A stretch of 63,360 bases of DNA, filler included, from Bigelowiella natans CCMP2755 (lineage: Eukaryota; Protista; Cercozoa), in the NCBI GenBank assembly GCA_000320545.1. It is 4 parts of 4 records of this genome, joined end to end, with 100 filler letters (N's around TTAATTAATTAA, not from the genome) between each part and the next. Parts side by side here need not be neighbours in the genome. Positions count along the whole stretch, not along the records: positions 30,350 to 59,291 come from ADNK01000902.1; positions 59,392 to 63,360 come from ADNK01002603.1; 2 more parts are not named here. One strand, given 5' to 3'. Positions within the stretch are counted from its first letter, which is position 1; each line of letters begins with the position of its first letter. The notes under the pieces are model-generated. The model worked only from the letters and a program-made list of their open reading frames with translations, did not search any database and had not been told where the DNA came from. The position numbers and the translations under genes were made by a program. Positions 53,849 to 63,360 of the stretch are shown piece after piece.

Positions 53849-55672
53849 TTATAATAATGAAGAGAGTTTCTTTTTCATTCCACCACCACTTACGGATGCT
53901 TTACCTCCCATCTTTTTCTTGAGCACATTTGCTCCCATTTTAAGAACGGCATCTTGAACTTTAGGATTAGAGGCAATATTTTTCACAGTTTTCCCAACTT
54001 TAGATGCTAAACTGCTAAAGAACCCTGAACCGACTAATTTGTTTTCAACATCACTTCCTCCAAATTGTGCTGATAATACATCCTGTTCTGTAATAAGGTT
54101 CTTAACAATCATAGAAGAACCTGCTACAGTCTTGAAAAATCCTGATTGAGGGGTCATAACTACAAGTTGAAGGTTTGGAATAGCAACATCACCCATTGCT
54201 GTAGGTTTCATACAGGTTGCTTGGAGTTGTAATGTGTAGTTTCCAATCACACCTGGTGCTTGAGAAGGGTTTAATTCAATATCTTTACCCATTTTAGCAA
54301 TGACAAAACCACCACTGGTGTGGATTTTTCTGCCTTTACTTCTACTGCTTCCAATATAGGTGTGGAAATCAATTTCTAATCCATTATCATAACTCATCTT
54401 GTATAATTTATCCACAGGCATTGTGTTTAAAAGACCGCTTCTGTTGTCAAAGGTAATGTTTAAATTTGTGATAGGAAAATAGAATTCGTTTTCAGTCGCA
54501 TCATATGTTGTTTTCTTAACAGCAATAATTAAACTATCAGGGATACTTGGTAATGTTATGGTGGATGATAATATGGTTTTACTGTTGTTTATCCCTTGAG
54601 GAAAACCATTACTATCAATAGTTCTATATGTAGGAAACTCCATATATGGGACAATATTTTCAGGACTGACTTTGAGGTCTAAAGCAGGAGTTAAATACAC
54701 AACATCTATATAACTTTGTAAAAATGGTCCTGGTTTATTCGCTAATGTAACGAATTCTGCTCTACAGGTTACATCACCTGCTTGAGTGCCGATTCTGTTT
54801 CCATCGTAGCAGATTGCTCTGCTTGGGTCTTTAAAATTGATTTGGAGGGTAGCATTATTAACACCATATAAACCTACACTATGATAATTTCTCAGGAACA
54901 TAGCATAAAGGACTAATCATAAGTTTCTCTTTGGATGTAAATTTTAGGAAAAATTTATATTCTGTTTGGACAGCATCGCAACTGCTCTTGCGACTGGTTC
55001 ACCATCTACATATGGATAAGCAACACCACCTATGGTCACATTTCCATTAAAGTTGTCCGCTAAAACATCGCCATTAGCATCTACAAAGTTCACATCAAAA
55101 TGTGCTCCATTCTTGTGGTAGAATTTATCGCCGTCAAAGAACCCAGTAATACTATTATTGAATGCCCCTTTGCCTTCGCTATATTTTCCATAAGGTGATA
55201 AATAGGAAGGGCAAATCGCACTGCTACTGTCATATTTTGGGTCAGTAGTCATTAGAAGCAACTGCTCGTTGATGGATTGGTCTAAATTGGTTGTGGATAC
55301 TGTATCGTTGATTTGTAGACTCATTGTGGAAACCATTCTGTGTAAAGGGAAGTTGTTTAATGATAAGATTTCACTTAAGGTTGCGATTTTAGCATTAGCA
55401 GCAGGGTTTCCACCAGCACCAAAATCAGCATTAGTATTAAAATCACCTCTATTTAAGGTGACTAAAAGGGTGACCTCGCTAGTCCAGTTTATCTTACGGT
55501 CAACGAAGACATTTAAAGAAGGTATGGTAATGTTATAGTTTTGATTACTCGCACTTGCGGATAAGGATTTAATCTGTTTGTTATTGACTGACATAGAACT
55601 CTTAGAGATTTTGTATTCAGGTGGTAACTGAACTGTTCTAGCATCATAAACTGCTTTCTTACTTAAATTCAT
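53849..55672 (-). CDS. Virophage major capsid protein (about 607 aa), interrupted by two compensating 1-nt indels
   Basis: The 242-aa and 350-aa ORFs are in the same frame. They carry YNITIPSLNVFVDRKINW, FPLHRMVSTMSLQIND, GLYGVNN, SIPDSLIIAV, ITFDNRSGLL and PGVIGNYTLQ. The bridging TSKEKLMISPL lies in another frame. Confidence 0.9.
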
Positions 55673-55702
55673 ATATAATTACACCGAGAAAAAAAATTTA
55701 AA

Positions 55703-56992
55703 CTATTTTTGCTTTCGTTGAAACATTAGTTTTAGATGGATGCTACTTTTGTTAGGCATTCGTATAGGGACTAAATCACCTGTCAACCGATGCTTCCAAA
55801 ATGCCGAAATCTGTATACTTTTTAAGGGGATGTTCGCAGAGGTAAAGTTAATATATCTGTATTCACCGCTTGGGACATAGGTAATCGTTCCGCTGTAATC
55901 ATCGGCACTACTAATACCTACTGTCATATCACTAATAACCTTTTGGGATGTATCTTGCCTACTATCGCTTACTTGCTGTTTGTCCACAAATTCTAAAGGT
56001 GTTCCCGTAATTTCACTCTCAATGGGAATGATATTGGTAGTAAATACAATCGCACTGACAGGACACCATAAACTGCTTACACTCTCATAGTCTTGGGATA
56101 AAATACTATATGTTTTATTTCCTTTGGTGAGTGAATGAATGTCTAAATCATCCTCAATTGGTAGAATATCGTAGGCACATCCTGGTATAGACATATTTTC
56201 TACTATATCAGTAATCGTGCCTCTGTTATATTCTATAGTGTTTTTAAGGTCGCCTCCTATATAGTTGTGATGAAAATTGCTAAACAGTAAAAAGAGATTG
56301 CTGTTAAAAAACAATCTACCTTTCACATCAAAAATGGTATTGTTGAACCTGTTGTTTTTCTTTCCGTGTACATCCTTGTCTAAATAAAGTTTAAATAACT
56401 GCGAACTCTCTTCATAATAAAGTATAGGTGCTTTGAGATTGTCTAAATGTGTTATTTCATCAGGAAGAAGACCTGGGACTTCTGCTTTACATTTAGCAAT
56501 CAGGTTGTCGTGACATCGTTTAAGAGTTTTGTTTATCAAGTGTGCTATATGACTATATGTAGAGACATAGTAATAATTCGTAGATAAATCCATCTGCTTC
56601 CCTACAGTTGTAGGTGGACTGGTGTTTTTGTTCTGGGTTTCAAAATAGACAGTTTCGGTCTGAGACTTTTTGTGATGTATCCCATTTTGAATAAAGTGGT
56701 AGAACAGAGTTATCTTGTAAATGGTCTTATTCGCATCGCTCTGGTCCCGCTCAATTTCAGGTATGAATATAGGGATTTCTCTACCTACACCATTTAATTG
56801 AAACCGAATGATGGAGAAATACCAACTGCTGACATCGTCTAATAATGCCTTTGATAGGGTGTCTGTATAACTTACCACAGGATTATCCTTATTGCTGTCT
56901 ATGGTCTCGTTATTTACAATATCTAAATTGTAATAAAGGTGGTCTTGATGCTCCTTGTTAAAATTGTTCATAGCAAATACATAACTATTCAT
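55703..56992 (-). CDS. Virophage minor capsid (penton) protein
   Basis: HLYYNLDIVNN...WYFSIIRFQL..IPIFIP at the N-terminus and YVPSGEYRY...IQISAFWKHRLTG...LKLMFQRK at the C-terminus. Directly upstream of MCP, the usual virophage arrangement. Confidence 0.92.
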   Translation of the reverse strand: MNSYVFAMNNFNKEHQDHLYYNLDIVNNETIDSNKDNPVVSYTDTLSKALLDDVSSWYFSIIRFQLNGVGREIPIFIPEIERDQSDANKTIYKITLFYHFIQNGIHHKKSQTETVYFETQNKNTSPPTTVGKQMDLSTNYYYVSTYSHIAHLINKTLKRCHDNLIAKCKAEVPGLLPDEITHLDNLKAPILYYEESSQLFKLYLDKDVHGKKNNRFNNTIFDVKGRLFFNSNLFLLFSNFHHNYIGGDLKNTIEYNRGTITDIVENMSIPGCAYDILPIEDDLDIHSLTKGNKTYSILSQDYESVSSLWCPVSAIVFTTNIIPIESEITGTPLEFVDKQQVSDSRQDTSQKVISDMTVGISSADDYSGTITYVPSGEYRYINFTSANIPLKSIQISAFWKHRLTGDLVPIRMPNKSSIHLKLMFQRKQK

Positions 56993-57017
56993 TATTAATA
57001 AAATTTAGAAATTTTTT

Positions 57018-57908
57018 TTAATATTTTAAATTGTTTTTTTTTATGTATTGTGATGCTTCAATAAACTTTAGTCCCTTATCTTTCATCAATTTCTTAATCA
57101 AAGCACCCCTTCGTTTCCTTGGGTCGTTTGGATTTGTGGATTTGACCCTTGACTTAACAATCTTAAATCCTTTATCACATTGGATGATGTTGCTTCGGTT
57201 TGTTTTCCTTTTCTTTTCTGTACTGATGATGGTGGGTGTGATACGACGAGACGGTTTGGATTTTTTAGTTTTCCTTCCTTTTGTAACATCTACCTCATTG
57301 ATTTCATCCAGCGATTTGCCTGTGTATTTAAGTGCGATGTTGTTCAGTCTTTCTCGTTCTGCTTCCTGTGCTTTTGTTCCACCTACTCGTTTACCTTTCC
57401 CTGATTTCTTTTCTTCGTCTATTATCACATTTGTTTTCTTATTCCCTTTGCTACTTTTCAACTTTTTATTTACCCTATCCATTATCCTTTTCTTAAATTC
57501 TTTGTTGCTTTCTACCCACTGAAATAGTTCTTTTGGAGGTTTGTCTACCACTACCCAATCGTCTTTATTGTTGTCAGCACCTCCATAGTGGTATCCTTTT
57601 CCTTTGACTTTTTGAATGAGTGCCTTCACATTAATCTTTTTCTTCTTCTTCTTCTTTTTGTGTTTTACTCCAGATGCTTGGACGACTTCATTCGCTACAT
57701 CCAGGACAGGTGCTATCTCAGGTAGTAATTTTTTACCTACTTTCATAGGTATTGAAAACCCCTGTTTAAAACCTTTGTGAAAGTCTTTCCAAAACCCAGC
57801 ACCCATTAAATTCTTTAGTTGTTTAACTTCGTCATCCATTTCCATAATGTTTTTAGCATAGTGTAATCCTAACTCTGATGCTCGTGATTTATCAGCATTC
57901 TGTGTCAT
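57018..57908 (-). CDS. Basic, Lys-rich putative virion core protein
   Basis: Very basic, with GG/GxG motifs. C-terminal RGALIKKLMKDKGLKFIEASQYIKKNNL resembles a motif of ORFs near virophage capsid genes (recalled, not searched). Confidence 0.7.
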   Translation of the reverse strand: MTQNADKSRASELGLHYAKNIMEMDDEVKQLKNLMGAGFWKDFHKGFKQGFSIPMKVGKKLLPEIAPVLDVANEVVQASGVKHKKKKKKKKINVKALIQKVKGKGYHYGGADNNKDDWVVVDKPPKELFQWVESNKEFKKRIMDRVNKKLKSSKGNKKTNVIIDEEKKSGKGKRVGGTKAQEAERERLNNIALKYTGKSLDEINEVDVTKGRKTKKSKPSRRITPTIISTEKKRKTNRSNIIQCDKGFKIVKSRVKSTNPNDPRKRRGALIKKLMKDKGLKFIEASQYIKKNNLKY

Positions 57909-57970
57909 ATATATATATAAATCATTAGATATTATTTTTTCTCAATAAAATTTTCTATATAATAATTAAT

Positions 57971-58738
57971 ATGGTGAAAAAATTTAAAGATGTCATTGAT
58001 GAGAAAGAGTATTACATAGGTTCTGTGAATTCCTATAAGCAAACACCTACAGACATAAACGAAAACCTAAAATTAAAGTATGATAGTGATACTTTTGATG
58101 TATACATAGATGAGAAACTAAAAGTGATATTAATAACAATTAGAGGGACTAAACCTACAAGTCTCGGTGATTTGTATGCGGATTACAAGATTGCTTGGAA
58201 CAATCTACAAGCAAGTAATAGATTTAAAACTGACATAAAGAGAATGGACGAAATAATAAAGCAATATAAACCCAATCAATATCTGTATTTCATAACAGGT
58301 CATTCTTTGGGTGGAGCGATAGTGAATGAATTTATAAGGAGGTATCCTTTCATTAAATATGCTACAACCTTTAATGGAGCATCTCAACCCCAAGATATAA
58401 AGATACAGAACAACGATAAGGTGAAGAGAATATACATAAACAAGGACTTTTTATATAGACTTAACAACGGATACAGATATGATAGGTTGAAGGTGTTGAA
58501 ATACAATCCTGAACAAGTTAGAAGTTTCTTTGATTTTGTGAAAAGAAGGTTTGACTATACCCCAACTATGCTAAAGGCACACAGTTTAGACCAACCTGCT
58601 TTCAGGAAACTATATAATTACGAAGATGGAAATCCAACGATAATACGGAACGACTATGTAGAAGGCGGATGTAAAAAGAAGAAGAAATGTAAGTGTAAAT
58701 ACAAAAAGATTATTTCTAAAATTATAAATCTCAAATAA
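57971..58738 (+). CDS. Lipase class 3 (alpha/beta hydrolase)
   Basis: ITIRGT oxyanion segment, ITGHSLGG nucleophile elbow, and candidate Asp (NKDFL) and His (AHSL). Confidence 0.9.
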   Translation: MVKKFKDVIDEKEYYIGSVNSYKQTPTDINENLKLKYDSDTFDVYIDEKLKVILITIRGTKPTSLGDLYADYKIAWNNLQASNRFKTDIKRMDEIIKQYKPNQYLYFITGHSLGGAIVNEFIRRYPFIKYATTFNGASQPQDIKIQNNDKVKRIYINKDFLYRLNNGYRYDRLKVLKYNPEQVRSFFDFVKRRFDYTPTMLKAHSLDQPAFRKLYNYEDGNPTIIRNDYVEGGCKKKKKCKCKYKKIISKIINLK

Positions 58739-58745
58739 TATATAT

Positions 58746-59291
58746 ATGAATTTATGTAAGAATGTAGATTTCCATAAAAGTTTAGATAATCTTGTTAGCA
58801 GTCTAAAATCCTACCCTCTTTCCAATTATGATTTAACAAATGCTCACCCTAATATCAGGATAACTACATCTGCCGACTTACCGAAATTGCGATTTGCCGA
58901 CCAACTATTTAATGGTAATATCGGTGTCTTGTTGTGGTTGAATGAGGAGAATTCAGGACACTGGTTGGGTTTAATACGGAAACAGCACACCATAGAAATT
59001 TTTGATAGTTATGGATTTCCTTTTAAGAATATCAACAAGCACCTAAACTCCCAAATGAACATCTCGCCTGATGTGTTGTTAAACCTCATTAAGAAAAGCG
59101 GATACAAACCTATATTTAATAAGAAAATATACCAAAACAGGACCGATAAAAGCAATGCTACATGCGGAAGATGGGTTCTCTTAAGGTTCGCCTTCTCAAA
59201 ATACAACCTTAAAGAGTTTGATAGGATTTTAAAACATATAAAAAATAAAACCTGTATCAATTCATTAGAATTGAGTGTTTTATATACAAAT
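58746..59291 (+). CDS. Virophage maturation cysteine protease (adenain/Ulp-like), 3'-truncated by gap
   Basis: SGHW, EIFDSYG, YQ and ATCGRW give the His-Asp-Gln-Cys order. Confidence 0.92.
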
Positions 59292-59391
59292 NNNNNNNNN
59301 NNNNNNNNNNNNNNNNNNNNNNNNNNNNNNNNNNNTTAATTAATTAANNNNNNNNNNNNNNNNNNNNNNNNNNNNNNNNNNNNNNNNNNNN
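59292..59391. other. Artificial contig spacer
   Basis: N44-TTAATTAATTAA-N44. Confidence 0.97.
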
Positions 59392-59506
59392 TTAAGTAGA
59401 ATAAAATTGTTTTTTTCGATGATCGCCCAGAGACATACAAACGAGGAAATAAGATGATGATGATGATGAAGGAACATCAAAGAGCCGATGAGGGACAAAA
59501 TGATAT

Positions 59507-59542
<36 letters not shown>

Positions 59543-59941
59543 GTACGTATGTACGATATAACATATATATTGTATGAATATGATAATTTGATGGAATCAA
59601 GAGAATTCACCAAAACGAGAAAATTAACCAGGCGAGAATGACGAAGAATAACACAAACAATGACGCGGGGACGGTTTACAGGGCATGATGTCAATTTGTT
59701 GCCAATTGTAGAGAATAGAAGAGACGTAATTGCGGCCGCCATTTCACAAGCAATATCACAAAGCAACCAACACGCATTAAAATATATCCAATGGCCAGAG
59801 AGGCAGACGAAAGATCAAGAAGAAGAGGGGAAGAAGAATACCAAAAGGAAACAATACGCCACAAACACAAATACATTCAAGAGTGAGAGAAGATAAACGA
59901 ATCATTTGCAATATGCCCCCCCTCCCCCCCCCACACAGAGC

Positions 59942-60174
59942 CTAATTGTTTATTTCTCGTGGGATGACTCCCTCTTTCCCCCTCCTCCTCCTTCTTCTTC
60001 TATCACGTCCGCCTTCGCCACCCCCCTCCCACCGCTCTTCGTTCCTCCAAATACGGAGCTACGAAAAGAGGTGCGGGGAGGATGCGACTCGGATAAGGAC
60101 CGCGCCTTGGTTATGGCCTCCCACTTCTCTGCAAGCTACCAACCGCAACGACAGCACCAGTGAAACAGACGATG

Positions 60175-60231
<57 letters not shown>

Positions 60232-63200
60232 TTATATATATAATCTACCATCACAATAAGATACAATGATGACGGCGGAAAGATACAGACATGATGGAGT
60301 GGGGCGGGTGGGGGTGCTGCATGTACGAACCGATGACCAGCAGTGCTTTTGATGTGGATGGATGACGACGTGCAAAATCACATATCTATTGACTTTCTGT
60401 TATCTTGATATCCCCCCCCCCCCCCCCCCCCTCCCCCCGATAATGAAATAAAATGGTCGACTTACGGAATTATTAGCGGTTCTTGCCCTTCGCTTCGGCT
60501 TGCCACCTGATAATAGAGTATGCACGTGTGCTTTTATGGCATATCACACCGAATTGTCGTGATCATCATCGTCGTGTACGTTCCTGTGGGTGCTGTTTTA
60601 TGTATGCGTGCGGTACCGTGTCGCCGCCTTGAATAGATTGCTTTCTTGTTTAGCAGCATCTTAATATGTGCAAGAAGGGGAAGAGGAAGGAGGAGGAGGA
60701 GGAGGAGGAGGAGGAGGAGACCATCAGGCATCACAATACAATATAAATGTGAACATAATACTACGTGTGTGTGCATGATGATGATTTACCTGGTCCTCTG
60801 CTAGCAGCTGCGCTAGCTCAGCCTTTGCCTTGTGATGTTATTGATTTCATCAGTTTGTTGTTGTTTGTTTGCAGCAGTTGCAAAGAGGAGGAGGAGGAGG
60901 AGGTAGGAAAAAGCACACCAACATCTATCCACATGGGCACGTCTCCCCCCTCCCCCTCTCCTCCTCCCCTTTCCACTGCTACCCTGAGTGCTTTCACGTT
61001 GAACTGGGGCAGACTTTGGATGAGCGTCTCTAATTTGTGAATCTTTTCCTTTCTTTTCCTCGCCTTGACCATCGTCGGACTCTTCACTTCATCGACGTCA
61101 TCAACGTCGCCAGGGGAAGAGGAGGAGGAGGCGTTTGAGGAGGAGGCGGCTGTTGCTGGTGTTGATGATGTTTCTCCTCCTCCTCCTCCTCCTCCTGCTG
61201 CTGCTGCTACTGCTGTTGGTTCTACTTTCTTCGCCCCTTCATCTCGTGCTTCTTCTGGGATTAGCGCTGCGCTATTTTGCCTCTTAATCTCTACATGCAG
61301 ATCGTGACTTTGATGATGCCTCATTTTATCACCAGACGGTATGGCTGCTGCTGCTGCTGCTGTGCTATTATCCTCGGTCTTACTACTTGTGTTGTCATTG
61401 GTGGGTGACGCTATTTCTTCGCCCCCCCTACCCGCTAGTGCTGATTCAGAATCTTTCCCCTCTTCCTCTTCCTCCTCCTCCTCCTCCTCCTCCCGCGCTT
61501 CTTGGGCCTGATTCTTGCGCCTGCTCGCTTCTCCTGGGGGAGGGGTGGGCGCTGGCTTCGAACCTGTGGAATTATATCGTCGCCATTGTCTTTGAATGCA
61601 CCTTAGTGGTGTGCATATAATAAACATATATATATATATATATATATATACATTATATGATACTCTCGATCTCTATCACACCGGCGGTGACACTTCCGTC
61701 ATCATCATCATCATCATCATCGCTGCTAAATCAGACGAAAGAAAAGAAGGAAAAGTCCCCTCCTATGGACAGCAGGAAGAGGTGGATAAATGGGGGGGGG
61801 GGGGAACTTTTGCAGCTCTTGCATTTTTTAAAAGACGTTATCTGGTTAGTGGGGCACCACTACTATTGATGATCTTCGCGCCCATTTTTATTATATTCTT
61901 GAAGTGTGATGATGATGATGATGAGGAGGAGGAGGAGGAGGAGGAGACTGTGGAAGAGGCTGAATGACGTGGTGGAGGTGCGGAGTGACTGGAGTTGCCG
62001 CTTGATCGGCGAGGGGACTTCAAGGGGGGAGGGGGGCTACCAGAAGAGGATAACACTGTACAAAAACAAGCAGCAGTAGATTAGTTGTTGTTGCAGTAGT
62101 AGTAGTAGTAGTAGTAGTAGTAATAGTAGTAGTAACATGTATTCTCATGTCAGTTCATAATTGTGTATCTACATATTTTGTATATTTTTTATGAGCGAAT
62201 TCGTGCACTCAGTCGAATTCCTCCCCTTCCCCCTCGTCCCGTCTCGTTCACCTGACTTCCTTGGCGGCCTTGGGGGAGGCACAGGGGGGGCCTTTACTAC
62301 TTTCTTGCTACTACTACTGGTGCTGGTGCTAGAGCTGCTTCCCACCCCCACATCCTTTGTTCTAAGAGCATTTTGGAGAGCACTCTTCCTCTTGGGAGGG
62401 GGGGGGGCCTTCTTAGCGTTATTATTCGTAATACGCCTTGGGGGTGGGGGAGGGGCTTTGCTCTTGGCGTTGTTGCTGCTGTTATGATCATCATCATTGT
62501 TGTTGTTATCTGGAATGGAAGGAGGGAGAGTGTTGGGGACAGGAGGCGGCATTGAGGTCGGAAGAGTGGGGAGAAGGGCCGTCCTCTTTTGCTCCTTCAA
62601 CGGTGACGATGATGAGCTAGCAGCCATGGATTCTGGGAGAGATTTGGGCTGAGACAACGTCGCCTGTTGCGGTGATGATTAACAAGGTGAATAACAAACG
62701 AAGAGGACTTTTACAACTCAAAGCCATTAAGAATATGGAAGGAGTACGACTGGGAAGATAACACTATTGTCGTGGGTGAATGGTCGCTGATTGGTGTCGT
62801 TCAGCATCCTCATCTCAGCGAATTCACGTAGATTTATTGTTGCTACGAATTGACACATTTTAACAGCGACTCTTACCGCTCCACGAAGTTGCTTAATCGT
62901 CAGGCGTGACTGAGAGGGGGGGGGGGGGGGGGGGCAAGGAAATGGGAAGGTAGAGCAAGAAGATATTTGATCTTATGTCTTCTTCATGTATCGGTTACAC
63001 GCGTGAGCTGCAAACTCTTACATGATGATAGTGAGGCCTATGGTGCTTATGCTGCTGTTTTGCATTATGCATGTGCGCACGCGCGTGTATTTAAGCATGC
63101 CTTCTTGTGTCCAGTTTCGCCGTCCTCATCCTCAGAATCAGATGAGCTATCGTCCTATCACATGGAAGATGAAGATGAAGATGTTGTTGACGACGACGAT

Positions 63201-63360
63201 GATGATGATGATGATGATGATAAAAACCGTCAGACGTAAGAATTGAGAAAATAGGGTGAAAACGATGTTCTCCACCTTCTCATCATCATTTACTTCATGA
63301 GCAGACACACGGCCTTCCTGCAGCGCCTGAGGGAGTGTAAGAGTGAGTCACGTCAGCACA
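59942..63360 (-). CDS. 3' exons of an uncharacterised low-complexity, proline-rich host protein
   Basis: AG/GT-bounded segments with KAPPPPPRR, KKAPPPPKRK and VKAPPVPPPRPPRK (SH3-ligand-like), an acidic exon, and a probable last exon ending GVIPREINN* at 59942. Confidence 0.5.

Larger units (their letters stand above)
49030..59291. mobile_element. Endogenous virophage (provirophage, Lavidaviridae-like), right part lost in gap
   Basis: Abrupt switch to AT-rich, intronless, densely packed ORFs. It encodes virophage-type MCP, penton and Cys protease plus an rve integrase. The left boundary is approximate; the packaging ATPase and right terminus are not in this contig. Confidence 0.93.

Noticed and set aside
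54944-54956. Programmed -1 frameshift at A AAT TTT before the MCP stop
   Set aside because: The heptamer is in register, but the -1 frame stops about 25 codons later and would need a second +1 shift. Capsid-like residues in that frame also start upstream of the heptamer.

Overview
AT/GC-mixed eukaryotic nuclear DNA with microsatellite-filled GT-AG introns, in four contigs joined by artificial N44-TTAATTAATTAA-N44 spacers (27251-27350, 30250-30349, 59292-59391). A bipartite plastid-targeting leader plus an integrated virophage suggest a chlorarachniophyte-like alga (inference). Host genes: asparagine synthetase (partial), adenylosuccinate lyase with a transit peptide, a plastid-targeted membrane protein, an FLZ zinc finger fused to a degenerate riboflavin-kinase domain, a FUT8/GT23-like protein, NEMF/RQC2, an ALKBH2/3-like dioxygenase, FRA10AC1, an ankyrin protein, exportin-5 and eIF3a. 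From about 49.0 kb to 59.3 kb lies an AT-rich, intronless endogenous virophage, cut off by a gap: ankyrin protein, rve integrase, RNR small subunit, Tlr6F-like protein, MCP with two compensating indels, penton, basic core-like protein, lipase and cysteine protease. Its genes share a TCT[A/C]-N13-ATG promoter motif and have hairpins at 3' ends. The most unusual signal is patch-wise erasure of TpA dinucleotides (TA to TG/CA) in a LINE remnant, a MITE and some intergenic DNA, including an 836-nt stretch with no TA. This points to a RIP-like A-to-G mutagenesis system acting on repeats or silent DNA.
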